64,000 bases of DNA. It comes from Mobula hypostoma. Its lineage: Eukaryota. The number at the start of each line of letters is the position of its first letter. Within the stretch, counting starts at the first letter, position 1. The stretch covers positions 247,754,001-247,818,000 of the forward strand of contig NC_086097.1 in NCBI RefSeq assembly GCF_963921235.1, written 5' to 3'. The notes under the pieces were generated by a model. It was given only the letters and a program-made list of their open reading frames with translations. It had not been told where the DNA came from and did not search any database. Shown here in pieces: positions 1 to 12,628 of the stretch. Both the position numbers and the translations under genes were made by a program.

Positions 1-296
1 AGGCAGAATAATATTTCAGCATGGGCTTGATTCAGTGCTGTAGTGCTTTTTGACTCTAAATGTTAAAAGGTTGTGTATCAATGTAATTATGCTATGTGAA
101 AAGGTAATACTGATAGAATCATGGCTCAGTATAATTAAAATCAGAATCTGGTTTATTTTCACTGACATAAGTCATGAATTTTGCTTTGTGGCAACAGTAC
201 AATACAAAACATTTAAAAAGTCTCCATAAACACAGGAGGTTCTACACATGCTGGAAATCCAGCGCATCACACGCAAAATGCTGGAGGCATTCAGGT

Positions 297-590
297 TGGC
301 ACGGTAGCTTAGTAGTTAGCACAAGGCTTTACAATACAAGCGACCTGGGTTCAATTCCCACCACTGCCTGTAAGGAGTTTGTATGTTCTCCCCGGGACCG
401 CGTGAGTTTCCTCCGGGTGCTCCAGCTTCCTCCCACAGCCCAAAGATGTACCGGTAGGTTAATCTGTCACTGTAAATTGTCCTGTGAGTAGGTGAGGATT
501 AAGTTAGAGGAATGCTGGGCAGCGCAGCTCAAAGAGCCAGAAGTGATTATTCCACACTGTATCTCAATAAAAGTAAATAAAATAATAAAA
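297..590 (+). mobile_element. tRNA-derived SINE with V-SINE-like core (HE1-like); further copies at about 1535-1810(-), 2051-2320(+), 2455-2725(+), 5455-5720(-), 16900-17190(-), 22130-22420(+), 27225-27485(-), 44080-44370(+)
   Basis: tRNA-like head with A and B boxes (GGCACGGTAGCTTAGTAGTTAGC ... GGTTCAATTCCC), core GGAGTTTGTATGTTCTCCCC...TTTCCTCCGGGTGCTCCAG, and (TAAA)n tail; many dispersed copies in the window. Confidence 0.8.
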
Positions 591-675
591 GTCATTGACG
601 GAAGTGAATAAACAGTTTGGAGTTTTAGGCTGAGACCCTTCTTCAGGACTAGGCTGACAGAGGAAGATGGAGGTT

Positions 676-1150
676 AGAACATAGAACACTTCAGCACAGT
701 TCAGACCCTTTGGGCCATAATACTGTGCTGACCTTTTAACCTACTCTAAGAACAATCTAACCCTTCCTTCCTACATAGCCTCCATTTGTCTATCATCTAC
801 GTGCCTACCAAAGAGTCTCTTAAATTTTCCTAATATATCTGTCTCTGCCATCTCCCCTTTCAGCATGTTCCACGCACCGACCAACCTCGGTGTAAAAAAC
901 CTGCCTCTGACTTACCTCCCCATACTTTCCTCCAAATTCTTTAAAATGAAGCCCCCTGGTATTAGCTGTTTCCACTCTGGGAAAAAGTCTTTGGCTGTCC
1001 ACCCTACTTATGCATCTTACATCTGGCACACCTCTATCAAATCACCTCTCATCTCCGTTCTCTCCAAAGGGAGAAGCACAGGACAACCTAGCTCGCTCAA
1101 CCTATCCTCATAAGACACGCTCGCTAATCCAGGTGGTATCCTGGTAAATC
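676..1150 (-). mobile_element. CR1 LINE 3' fragment
   Basis: ORF 820-1029 (RVDSQRLFPRVETANTRG) matches the CR1 ORF2 C-terminus; TTCTATGTTCT tail on the minus strand. Confidence 0.8.
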
Positions 1151-2761
1151 TGATTGCCATCCTGACGACAAAACATAGACTGTTTATTTTCCTCCATAAA
1201 TGCTGCCAGTCTTGCTGAGTTCCTCCAGAATTTTGTGTGTATTGCTCCTGATAATTCTCCTCTGCACCCCCTCTAAAGCTTCCACATTCTCCCTATAATG
1301 GAGTGACCAGAAATGAACACAAATGTGATCCAAACAGAGTGTTATAGAGCTGTTAATAGGTTTTTGGGAAGAAGGGCTCCAAGCTGGCTTTATAACCTGG
1401 GTGGGGTTCAGAAAATGGGTTCATTGTTCACGTTACCTGAACCTCAAAGATCAACATGATGTGAGATGTTTGTTGATAACTGAAGACAACCCCACTGAAA
1501 TATGCTCAATTGCTCCAGACTAACAAGAGTTTATTTATTTATTCAGCAATACAGCACAGATTAGGCCCTTTGGCCCGATTCTGCCCCAGCAACCCCCATC
1601 AAACCCGATTAACCCTAACCTAACACAGGGCAATTTACAATGACCAATTAACCTACCTGGTACGTCTTTGGACTGTGGGAGGAAACTGGAGTACCCAAAG
1701 AAAGCCCACACAATCCATGGGAAGGAAATACAGAGACTCCTTACAGAATGGTGCAGGAATTGAACTCTAAACTCTAGGACACTCTGAGCTGTAATACATC
1801 GGGCTACCGCAGTTTAGCATTATTAGCCAGCTCCACATAAAGCCGTTAAATGTCCCAGCTGCTGATAAATTTGGATCCCTGCTGAGACATAGAGTCACTC
1901 ACTGGCACTGTAGTGATCACTAATTAATACACAGTCACGGGAACTATGGGGTTAGTCAGTCTTCCATTGATGTCTCTGTGACATCCAATACAGCTTCTGA
2001 GGGAAAATGAAAAAGTATAATAGATAATCCTTGATCTATAAGTAAGGGAGGCACGATAGTGTAGTGGTTAGAACAACGCCTTACAGTACCAGTGACCCTG
2101 GTTTCAGTCCCACTGCCTGTAAGGAGTTTGTACATTCTCCCCATGTCCACATGGGTTTCCTCCCACAGTCCAAAGACGTACCGATTGGTAGAGTAATCAG
2201 TCACTGTAAGTTGTCCTATGATTAGGCTAGGATTAAATCAGGGGTGGCTGAGTTACTACAGCTCAAAGGGCCCAAAGGCCCTATCTGTGCTCTATCTTAA
2301 TAAAAAAATAAAATAAATAAAATACTTGTCTAATTCTGCAAGGGAAATGACAAATTATCGCACATACTCGCACGCACGCAGGCACACGCCAAAAAAAAGG
2401 AAATGATGAATTACAAATCTTATTTTCAGAGGTAGCAACAGATTTATTTTTCCAAGGAACAGAGGTTAGCACAACATTATTGCAGCTCAGAGACCGGAGT
2501 TCAGAGTTCAATTCTGACGCTGTCCGTGAGGAGTTTCTACGTCCTCCTTGGGAACGCATGATTTTCCTGCGGGTTCCAACCACAGTCGATTGACTTACCG
2601 GTTAGTAGATTAAATGGTCATGTAAATTGCCCTGGGATTAGGCTTGCATCGCTGGGTGGTGCGGTTCACTGGGCCCGAAAAAGGCCTGTTCCATGCTGTA
2701 TCGCTAAACAAATAAATAAATAAATGGTTTCTGATTCATAATATACATCCTTCTTCAATAG

Positions 2762-3138
2762 CTGGGCCCCTTACCTATGAAAGGGAGTGTTAGGGTGCAG
2801 AGGAAGTTCACAACAATGATCCTGGGAATGGAAAGGTTAGCACATGGGAGCGTTGATGGCTCTGAGCCTGTACTCGCTGGAGTTTGGAACAATAAATGAG
2901 GGAAATTCATTGAAACCTACCAAATATTTAAAGGCCCAGACAGAGTGGATCTGGAGAGGATGTTTCCGGTAGTGGAGGAGTCCAGGACCAGAGGGCACAG
3001 CCGCAGAATAGAGGGACATCCATTTAGAACAGAGATGAGGAGGCATTTCTTTAGGCAGAGAGTGCTAAACCTGTGGAATTCGTTGCCAGAGGCAGCAGTG
3101 GAGGCCAAGTCATTGGATATATTTAAAGCAGAGGTTGA
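2762..3138 (+). mobile_element. CR1 LINE 3' fragment, truncated by a Penelope insertion
   Basis: MFPVVEESRTRGHSRRIEGHPFRTEMRRHFFRQRVLNLWNSLP motif. Confidence 0.85.
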
Positions 3139-4367
3139 CAGTCTGTCCACTGACATCTTCTTCAAGCCCACTGACTCTCATAACTACCTCGACTATACCT
3201 CTTCCCACCCTGCCACATGCAAAAATGCCATTCCCTATTCCCAGTTCCTCCAACTCTGCCGCATCTGCTCCCAGGATGAGGCTTTCCATTCCAGGACATC
3301 TCAAATGTCCTCCTTCTTTAAAGATCGTGGTTTCCCTTCTGCCGTCATCAATGATGCCCTCACTCACATCTTCTCCATTTCACGCACTTCGGCCCTCACT
3401 CCATCCTCCCGCCACCACAACAGGGACAGAGTTCCCCTTGTCCTCACCTACCACCCCACCAGCCTCCGGATCCAACACATTATCCTCCGCAACTTCCGCC
3501 ACCTTCAACAGGACCCCACCACCAATCAAATCTTTCCCTCTCCACCCCTCTCCGCTTTCCACAGGGATCGGTCCCTCCCCACGGATCTCCCACCCGGCAC
3601 TTATCCCTGTAAGCATAAGTGCTACACCTGTCCCTATACCTCCTCTCTTGCCACCATTCAGGGCCCCAAACAGTCCTTCCAGGTGAGGCAACACTTCACT
3701 TGTGAGTCTGTTGGGGTCATCTATTGCATACAGTGCTCCCGGTGCGGCCTCCTCTACATCGGTGAAACCCGACGCAGATTGGGGGACCGCTTCGTTGAGC
3801 ACCTCCACTCCGTCCGCCACAACAGACGGGATCTCCCGGTTGCCACCCACTTCAACTCTGCTTCACATTCCCACTCGGATATGTCCATACATGGCCTCCT
3901 CTACTGCCATGATGAGGATAAACTCAGGTTGGAGGAGCAACACCTCATATACCATCTGGGTAGTCTCCAGCCCCTTGGTATGAACATAGAATTCTCCAAC
4001 TTCCGGTAATTCCCTCCCCCTCCCTTCCCCTATCCCTATGTCACTCTGCCCCCTCCCCCAGCTGCCTATCACCTCCCTCATGGTTCCGCCTCCTTCTACT
4101 ATCCATTGTGTTTTCCTCTATTCCTTCTTCACCTTTCCTGCATATCACCTCCCTGCTTCCCCTCCCCCACCCCTTTATCTTTCCCTTTACTGGTTTTTCA
4201 CCTGGAATCTACCAGCCTTCTCCTTCCCACCCTCCTCCCACCTTCTTTATAGGGCCTCTGTCCCCTTCCCTCTTCAGTCCTGACGAAGGGTTCTGGCCCG
4301 AAACGTTGACTGATCATTTCCACGGATGCTGCCCGACCTGCTGAGTTCCTCTAGCATGTTGTGAGTG
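3139..4367 (+). mobile_element. Penelope-like element, 5'-truncated (RT thumb/linker, GIY-YIG endonuclease and pLTR)
   Basis: TDIFFKPTDSHNYLDYTSSHP and VIYCIQCSRCGLLYIGETRRRLGDRFVEH (GIY-YIG), stop at 4009; pyrimidine-rich 3' UTR with a hammerhead motif. Confidence 0.9.
4275..4312 (+). ncRNA. Minimal type I hammerhead ribozyme motif in the Penelope pLTR
   Basis: CAGTC-CTGACGA-AGGGTTCTGGCCC-GAAAC-GTT-GACTG: conserved core boxes, stem II and closing stem I. Confidence 0.75.
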
Positions 4368-4502
4368 AAATATACACAATGACCTGGCCTCCACAGCTGC
4401 TGGTGGCAAAGAATTCCACCAATTCACTATTATCTAGCTGAAGAAATTCGTCCTCATCTCCATTCTAAAGGGACGTCCCTATATTCTGAGGCTGTCCTCT
4501 CC
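4368..4502 (-). mobile_element. CR1 3' fragment
   Basis: Reverse complement of the CR1 segment CTCAGAATATAGGGACGTCCCTTTAGAATGGAGATGAGG...GTGGAGGCCAGGTCATTG. Confidence 0.7.
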
Positions 4503-5065
4503 ATGTGGTTCCTTAAGGTTGTTATAGCCAGGGGTGGTAATGGGGACAAGCTCCCACTACCTATTAAATGCTCTCAATGGCGTGCACCTCAAGTAGCCTC
4601 TGACAAACAAGTCCAGCTCCTGGACTTCACGTGTGATTTAGTTACTAAACCCGGTGGAACCATTCCCACTAACAGAGAAGGGGCAAAGGTGGGTTACTGA
4701 TGCCTTAAAACCAGTTGCTTCAGGCAGGTAGGACTCGTCAGTTGCAGTTGGCAGCTCATCTAGGAGAAGGAAAACTCTGATCTCAAACCTCCACTGCCTT
4801 GTGGCTACAGTATACCCATTCATGGGAAAGGCTTTGGGAGTTAACCCTGAGGGAAAAATGCAGAGTTGGAGTCCCTAAGGTAGTCCTACTTTGAGTTTAA
4901 TGCTGACTGGCAACTCCTGCGATGCTACTGGTGCCAAATTGTATCAGTCTCTGCTGTTCCTTTGGGTTCATCAGACATGTGGAGAGAGGGAGCTTGCTAC
5001 ATGGGCAACAGCTTGCTCTCCAAGGACAAAATATCCATGGTCAAACCTGACTGATGGAGGCCCTC
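4503..5065. mobile_element. Probable RTE-type LINE 5' UTR-derived repeat
   Basis: GAAGGAAAACTCTGATCTCAAACCTCCACTGCCTTG resembles RTE 5' regions as I recall them; no ORF. Confidence 0.4.
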
Positions 5066-5774
5066 AATCCTCAATCCAATCCTCTCCACGTCCACTTTGT
5101 CTAGGCCATTCAATATTTGGCAGGTTTCAATGAGACCATATTTGGCATTCAGCAAGATCGTGACGGTATACACACCACTTACCAGGATGAGTGCTACTTT
5201 GACAGTAGGTTGAGACCAATCACAAATGAAAGAGCCCCCACCACTGCCGTTTGTCGAGGGCTAACTGTCTGATCAAGAAATTGAGGACAGCTCTATTGTT
5301 CTTCATTGAAACAATGCAGTGCATCTTTTACACGTAGTTGGAGAGCGGAGGGTGTACTGATTGCTCTAAATCAGCACCTTCAACAAAACAACACTCACTT
5401 TTCACTGTCAGCCTAGTTTTTATTTTGTTTTCAAGTACTGGGAGGAGAATTTTTATTTTATTTACTTATTCAGGTACAGCGCCGGACTGCTCAGCAATCC
5501 CCCAATTTAAACCTAGCCTAATCACGGAACAATTTACAATGACCAATTCACTTACTAACTGGTACGTCTTTGGACTGTGGGAGGAAACTGGAGCCCCTGG
5601 GGGAAACCCATACGTTCACGGGGAGAACGTACAAAACTCCTTACAGGCAGTGGCAGGAATTGAACTTGGGTCACTTAGCAATGTAAAGCGTTGTGCTAAC
5701 CACTGCACTACCATGCTGCCCTAATATTATGTTATGAAATTTTTATGTTATTATATAATATATAAAAAAAGGAA

Positions 5775-6027
5775 AGGTATGTCGCATCAGGAGTTTCTCT
5801 GGTTGGTGGATGATTTCCCTCCACGCCTCTCTGATGTAGTCAAGAACTGCGTACAAGGCAAGCTACAGCAGTGGTTTGCCATTGCCTTCTGCCGGGTGAG
5901 TTTCCAAAGAGATCACCAGCTCGTAACCCAGCACGGATGGAAAGAGTGCAGGGGAGCTGTCTGGATTCGAACTCGGGACCTTTCGTCCCGAAGTCTGGCA
6001 CTGATACCACTATGCCACCAGCCGGGT
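5775..6027 (-). mobile_element. tRNA-derived SINE with an RTE-like tail
   Basis: Minus strand reads CCGGCTGGTGGCATAGTGGTATCAGTG...CCCGAGTTCGAATCCAG (A/B boxes) and GAAGGCAATGGCAAACCAC (BovB/RTE-type tail). Confidence 0.65.
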
Positions 6028-6159
6028 CATATAATATAAAACATGTATAATATTATGCACTGTATATATAATACATAATTATGTTAGCACACTTGCCTAA
6101 TTCTTTGTCAGAATTTAAATTTGGAATAATAGGACAAAAAATAGATCTGCCTAACAGGG

Positions 6160-6375
6160 ATTAGGTTGGCGGGGTGGAGATACGTCTCTACCAAAGGAGG
6201 TGTAAGGAGCTCCTACCCTCTGCTAGCCTGAAAGTCACCCTTGGGCAAGGTGTAGCACCTGCTTAGCCCCTTCTCCTCTGACCAGGGCCACGAGAAGCCA
6301 CGGGAGCAGGTGGTGGATGGTCGTCTGAGCAGCCGGTGCATAACACAAGTCCTGGCTATCTAACCACTGACACCA
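6160..6375. mobile_element. Dispersed repeat of uncertain class (second copy about 13005-13145)
   Basis: GTCACCCTTGGGCAAGGTGTAGCACCTG...CAGGTGGTGGATGGTCGT is shared between the two loci. Confidence 0.55.
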
Positions 6376-6377
6376 AT

Positions 6378-8075
6378 GTAATTTGTAGGCCACATCCTTA
6401 CTACTGTTTGGGGGTCTGAATACAACTCCCATCAGGGTCTTTTTACCCTTGCTGTTCCTTAGCTTTCACCACAATGATTCAACACCCTCTGACCCTATGT
6501 CACCTCTTTCTAATAATTTGATTTAATTTTTTACCAACAGGACAACACTGCCCCCTCCGCATTCCTGCTTATCCTTGGACATTAAGCTCCCACCTATAAT
6601 CTTTAAGCCTTGATTCAGTGATGCCTACAACATCATACCTGCTAATCTTCAAGTTCATCTACCTTATTCCGTATACTGCCCATATTCAGATACAGCACCT
6701 TCAGTCCTGTATGCAACCTTTCCGAGTTTGATGCACCATGCTCAAACTTTTGATTCCTAACTTTGTCTGAGGTCTTACCAACATTTGCCTCCGCAACCTC
6801 TCCACTAATTATTCTGGCACTCTGGTTCCCATTCCCCTGCGACTCTAGTTTAAACCCCACTGTGCAACATTAACAAACCTTCCCGCCAGGATATTAGTCC
6901 CCCTCCAGTTCAGGTGCAAACCGTCCCTTCTGTACAGGGCCCACATTCTCTGGAAGAGAACCCAATGATCTAAAAATCTTATGCCCTCCCTCCTACACCA
7001 ACTCCTTAGCCATGTATCAAACTGTATAATCTTCTAACCTCACTAGCACGTGGCACGGGTAGCAAATCCTGAGATCACAACCCTGGAGGTCTTGCCCTTT
7101 AACTTAGCACTGAACCTCGTCACTTGTCCTAACCATGTCATTGGTACCTACATGGGTCACAATCTCCAGCTGTTCACCCGCCCACTTAAGAATACAGAGG
7201 ACTCAATCTGAGATATCCAGGACCTTGGCATCCAGGAGGTAATACACCATTGGGGAATCTCATTCTCGCTCACAAAACCTCCTGTCCATTCCCCTAACTA
7301 ACCAAACCCCTATCACCACAGTATGCTACTTCCTCCCCCTCCCTTTTGAGTCACAGGGGCAGACTCAGTGCCAGAGAGCTGACCACTGTGACTTTCCTCT
7401 GTTAGGTCATCCCCCCCGACAGTATCCAAAGTGATATATCTGTTGTTGAGGAGGATAGTCACAGGAATACTCTGCACTTCTTCCTTAACCCTTTTCCCCT
7501 TCCTGACTGTCGCCCAGTTTCCTGTGTCCTGCACCTTGGGTGTGACTATCTCTCTATATGTCCTATCATCCCTTCAGCCTCCCAAATGATCCGGAGTTCA
7601 TCCAAATCCAGACTCAACTCCTTAATGCGGTTTGTTAGAAGCTGCAGCTGGATGCACTTCTCCCAGTTGTAGTGGTCATTTGCCTTCCCAAATCCTGAAA
7701 GAGGAGCATTGCACTATCCTGCCCGTCACCTCTACCTAGAAGAGCAGATCGAGAGAAGCGAATGAAAAAACTTGAGCTTTTCTTTCCTTTTCTTTCTCTG
7801 AGTGAAGCCTCTCTTTGCTGAGGCCTCAAAGAGCTAAAGCCTAAAGAACACTACTCTATGTCCGCTCAGACGACAGACACTGTGCTTGCCCCTGCCTTCT
7901 TTTAATTTGTTCTTGCTAATCAATCCCAAATGCCGACTAGTCACTGGTCAAAGCTCCATTACAATGCCTTGAACCACTCCTGCCTCTTATCCTTGGGTGG
8001 TGGACCTGATTGAAGACCCCTCCTCTCCAAACTTCCAGTGTTTGGATTGGTCACTGGTCAAATCTCTATTCTTTT
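6378..8075 (-). mobile_element. CR1 LINE 5' part (5' UTR, ORF1 and start of the APE endonuclease), degenerate
   Basis: ORF pieces GNWATVRKGKRVKEEVQSIPVTILLNNRY (ORF1) and LKVLYLNMGSIRNKVDELE (APE start); homologous to 17870-18745. Confidence 0.8.
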
Positions 8076-8699
8076 CCTGCTCTCCTTGTTCTGTTGAGAA
8101 TTATGGAGCTGGTTCATATGTTCACATTTATTTAAGTTTGATTATTGATGTTTGTACATGTGACTGGTCTGCTAATTGTTGATTGCTCGTGACTGTTTGC
8201 ACTATTGTCCTGTAAACTGTTGGTTGCTATTGTGTTGTCTGTTATGGTATTGTCCTGCGTTTTCTGCTTGGCACCAAACCACAATCAGTTCTGGTTTGTT
8301 TCACACACTGGCAATAAAGTGATTCTCATTCTGATTCTGATTAATTTGCCAGTTAAAGTAAATCACACTGCTCCAGAAAAGGGTCAAAGGTTTATGAACT
8401 TCTGCAAACTTACTAACATTTGAAACTTCATAACTGTGACTTTGACATTATAAATGAGCACACTATGAACATCATGTCAAGTCAAGTTTATTGTCATTTA
8501 ACTATATACATGAGACCATCAAATACGACGTGTCTCCAAACCAGGCTGTAAAGCACCCTGCACTGGGAGTTCAGGGTGTATACACGACATGTAATAACTT
8601 AGGAAAGAAAGTGGATGAAATCCACAGATGGATTACACATAAATAAAGTGCATAAATTAAATATTGTTTCCAGAACAAATTAACCAACGACATTTTGAA

Positions 8700-9260
8700 T
8701 GCGATGCAGCGGGCCTAAGGCAAAAAACTGTTTCCCATCCTGCCCGTTCTTGTTTTTATGCATCAGAGTCTCCTGCCTGTTGGTAGAAAGTCAAAAGAGG
8801 ATGCTGGATGGCTGGATGGGATCCTTAATAATTCCCTGGGGTATGCAGTAGTCCTGATAAATGTCCCTGATGGATGGCAGGAAGACCCCTATGATCTTCT
8901 CGGCTGTTCTCACAGACCCCTGTAGGGACTTCAGGACCAATGATCAGCTGCTCCCATATCAGATAGAGATGCAACTTGTCAGGATGCTCTCAACGGGGCT
9001 CCTATAAAATGCATATGGGGGCGGGTGGCCTTGCTTTCCTCGATCTTGTTAGGAAGTAGAGATGCTGCTGTGTCTTTTTGCTCAAGAAAGTGATAGTAAG
9101 GGACCAAGAGAGGTCCTCTGTGATGTGAAATCTGAGGAACTTGGTGTAGTGAAAGCTCTCTATGGAGGAGCCACGTATTGACAGAGAGGGATGGGATGTC
9201 TGCACCTTCCATAATGATTTCCTTGGTCTTCTCCACGTTCAGACTTAGGTTGCATTTTAC
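8700..9260 (-). mobile_element. Rex/Babar-type LINE 3' fragment (RT C-terminus), degenerate
   Basis: KTKEIIM...KFLRFHITEDLSWSLTITFLSKKTQQHLYFL motif. Confidence 0.7.
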
Positions 9261-9459
9261 ATTGAGACAACATGTTTGTTATTTGCACTATCTCAAATCT
9301 GTAAAGTAAGCTTTCTAATTCCTGGCAGGCAGAGAGTGAAAGTGCTGGGTAAACAAGCATGATTTCTTCATGTAATATCACTTAATGTCAAACTTTTACA
9401 ATGAATAAGGTATGATTGGAGATGGAGTGCAGTTGTTTGATTACAAAATAATTCTACAA

Positions 9460-9930
9460 TAGAACATCGATTTCTCTAACTTCCTTACAGCAGAAACATC
9501 GATTTTTCTAACTTCTGGTAATGTGTCTCCCTCCCCCTTCTCTCTTTATTCTATTCCCCATTCTGGTTCCACTCTTACTCCTTCTCTTCTTCTCACCTGC
9601 CTATCACCTTCCTCTGGTGTCCCTCCTCCTTCCCTTTCTACCATGGTCCACTCTCCTCTCCTATCAGATTCCTTCTTCTTCAACTCTTTACATTTCCACC
9701 CATCATCTCCCAGCTTTTAACTCCCCTCTCACCTGGCTTTACCTATAATCTCCCAGCTCCCCGCATCTTTTCTAGCTTCTTTCTCTTCCTTTCCAGTCCT
9801 AATGAAGGCTCTTAGTCCAAAACAGCAACTGTTATTCCTCTCCATAGATGCTGTCAGACCTGCTGAGTTCTCGAAGCATCTGAGTTTGTTCCTTTGGTTT
9901 TCCAGCATCTACAAGATCTCTTGTGTTTTA
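9460..9930 (+). mobile_element. Penelope-like 3' end/pLTR fragment
   Basis: AACATCGATTTCTCTAACTTC terminus (tandemly duplicated), pyrimidine tract and a degenerate hammerhead at about 9794. Confidence 0.7.
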
Positions 9931-10058
9931 CAATAGAAACTTGAACACGCAGATTAGTTTAAGATCCAGAAACACAGGAATTCTTGAAGCAAGTAGTTTG
10001 GTGATAGAGAAAGCAGTGTTTAATTACTTAGGATGGTGGTGAATATTGGTAGCTCAAG

Positions 10059-10515
10059 TTGGGGCATTTGATGTTGTGGTGTTTGCCGAACTTGGCAATC
10101 AGCTTGTAGACATTCATCACCAGTTGAGGTGACATCCTCAGTGCAGCTGTTGGTGTTTCTCCCTGGGAGGGCTCAGACACCTGTTGGCCCCTAAAGGTTA
10201 AAACAACTTGAGGAAGCAAACTGATATTGAGTCAGAAATAGCGAATCAAGGAAGAGACTGGCACTGGATATTAAACTGCAAAAAAACACACCATCTACGA
10301 ACCCCTAAGAGCAAAAGAAACGCGAGCCAATTGAACTCAAAGGTCAAATGAAGGGCAGCCATTCAGGACCCAGGCAAGTGAACTGGGGGCAAATATATAA
10401 ACGTGAACGCTCCCAAAGGGAAACACCAACAACTGCGCACTGGGGATGTCACCTCGACTGGTGATGAAACATCTGCCAGCTAATTGCCAAGCGTGGCGAA
10501 CACCACAACATCAAA
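10059..10515 (+). mobile_element. Second Penelope-like family with an inverted terminal pLTR copy
   Basis: 10059-10168 is a diverged reverse complement of 10411-10515; each carries a degenerate CTG.GGATGTCACC...GGTGATGAA hammerhead-like motif. Confidence 0.6.
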
Positions 10516-10799
10516 CTTTTAATTATAACCAGTAACCATTTTAATAGATCGAGGAAGTACATCTTCCTGAAGATTACAGGAGTACAATTAAATCCCTCCT
10601 TTAAGTTAATATGAAGAAGACTCTTCAGTTTATTTGATTCGATCACTACACCGGACCAACCCTTTTATATCTTTAGCGCAGCACCCCACCATTTTTTAAA
10701 AAGCTTTTCTCTAACCATTTTCCTAGTAACCCATTCTAGTTATTAATGCCCTACATGCACATTTATGGATACCAGGCCTAAGACTGCTCAGCTCTAACA

Positions 10800-11210
10800 C
10801 TTCTCCAAGGATTGTCACCTTGTCGTGGTGGAGAGGGTTGTGAGTTCCTGTGATCCCGAGAGTGATGCCATTTCCAGTTTAGCTCCCGGTAGGATCATCC
10901 ATGGTGGTAGGGTCAAGGGGCGGTTCCAGACAAAAAGTAATCGAGCCAAAACCTCAACGGTGGAGCTGGTGGAAGTTGATGGCACATCACAACGGCAGTG
11001 AAGGGCTGTATGGTGGCAGCTCGTGCATCAGAATCCCCACGTTAAACAAAGTCGCACACAGGTGTTCTCCGTTAAGGGAAGCCATCTTGACATCCTGATT
11101 AAAACCCGTGGTGATCAGCAAGTGGAGAAGAGGGCAGGAATGTGAGGGATCGGCCTCCACAGCTACACGGGAGACCAAGCAATAGACAACCCTTAGGAGA
11201 ACATCATACT
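10800..11210 (+). mobile_element. RTE (BovB-like) LINE 5' end
   Basis: CACCTTGTCGTGGTGGAGAGGG...GGTAGGATCATCCATGG resembles RTE 5' UTR starts. Confidence 0.55.
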
Positions 11211-12084
11211 TAACTCGAGTGGTCGCAGGACAGATTTCCTGCTGCACCAGTGAATAACATTCCATTTCATATGACTTCAGCACCTCAACACCAAGTCTAT
11301 TTTTTATGACAAAAAATGTTGAACTTACCAAATTCTTTCATCTGCTACCGTAAAAGTACCTTACTGCTTTTTAATTCCACACTGCCTTCAGAGACTGGAT
11401 GTCTCAAAAGGAATAAATGCCCAGGATGGAAATTAAAGATGGCATGTCTTCAAAAAGGCATAATAAATTTATATAGCATACTGAGAGAGACGGTGGTTTA
11501 ATTGTACAGGAGCATACTGAAATTATTGATATGTTGAGACATAATGCTGAAAAGCCTGGTATCTGTGACAATGTTACATTATAATGATGCAAGCATAATT
11601 CATGCCTCTCCGTCCAATCAGAATCATAGTTTGGAAACATACAGAGATACATCGACAATAACAAGTCCATGCTTAAAGGTACACTCCATATTTTTACTGT
11701 TCTTCAAAACAAGGACAGTACTGTATTTTGTCAAAGGCTCTTTTATATTTGCAACAGTGCCAAATATACACTATCTGGCTGCCTTATTAGGTGCTTCCTG
11801 TGAAGTGGCCACTGAGTGTATGAATCAGTTTCAGGTCTAAAATGTCATGAAATTTGTTAACTTTTTGGCAGCTAATACAATGCAATACATGATAAATAAA
11901 TATAGAGAAAACTGAATTACAGTAAGTATATATGTATGTTTATTAAATAGGTAATTTAAAATAAGTAATGCAAAACAAAAACAGAAATTTTAAAAAGTAG
12001 TAAGGTAGTGTTCATGGGTTCAATGTCGATTTACAAGTTGGGTGGTGGAGGGGAAGAAGCTGTTCCTGAATCGTTGAGTGTGTG

Positions 12085-12480
12085 TATGTTCAGGGTCTTC
12101 CACTGCTCTCGTCCGTCATTTCCAGGTTTGATGAGTTGTGCATTCGGAGATAATCTTCTGCACACCACTGTTGTAATGTGTGGTTATTTGAGTTACTGTC
12201 TTCTTCCTGTCAGCTTGAACTAGTTTGGCCATTTTCCTTTGGCCTCTCTCTTTAGCAAGGCTTTTCCACCCACAGAGCTGCCACTCTTGGTTTTGCACCA
12301 TTCTCTTTAAACTCCAGAGCAGGGGTTCCCAACCTGAGGTCAACGAACCTCTTGTCCATGACATAAAAAAGGTTGGAAACCCCTGCGTTAGAAACCATTG
12401 TGCATGAAAATCCCAGGAAATCAGCAGTTTCTGAGATACTCAAATCACCCCATCTGGCACCAATCATTCCAACTGAGTGT
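12085..12480 (-). mobile_element. Tc1-like transposon remnant
   Basis: RGQRKMAKLVQADRKKTVTQITTHYNSGVQKIISECTT and LSISETADFLGFS resemble the Tc1 transposase N-terminal HTH. Confidence 0.75.
12320..12385. mobile_element. 66-bp hAT (Charlie-like) MITE nested in the Tc1 remnant
   Basis: Terminal inverted repeats (TIRs) CAGGGGTTCCCAACCT / AGGTTGGAAACCCCTG; degenerate 8-bp flanks CTCCAGAG / CGTTAGAA. Confidence 0.7.
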
Positions 12481-12628
12481 ATTTTATGACAATTTACACG
12501 TTGAGAAATGAATTTGATTAGTAACTTTTTTACAGCATTCCTGATATGCATGTGGGTTGTTTATAGAATCAAATATTGAATTGTTTGCTGAAGTATCTAG
12601 TTAAATGGAAAGACAGTTTTGTTAGTTT

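Noticed and set aside
297..375. Functional tRNA genes at SINE heads
   Set aside because: The cloverleaf is degenerate and continues into SINE body and tail sequence.
2945..4009. 354-aa ORF as a novel gene
   Set aside because: It is a chance in-frame junction of a CR1 C-terminus and a 5'-truncated Penelope ORF.
11320..11420. Minus-strand exon ending at a GTAAGT donor
   Set aside because: All three frames contain stops between the plausible acceptor and the donor, and no peptide was recognisable.
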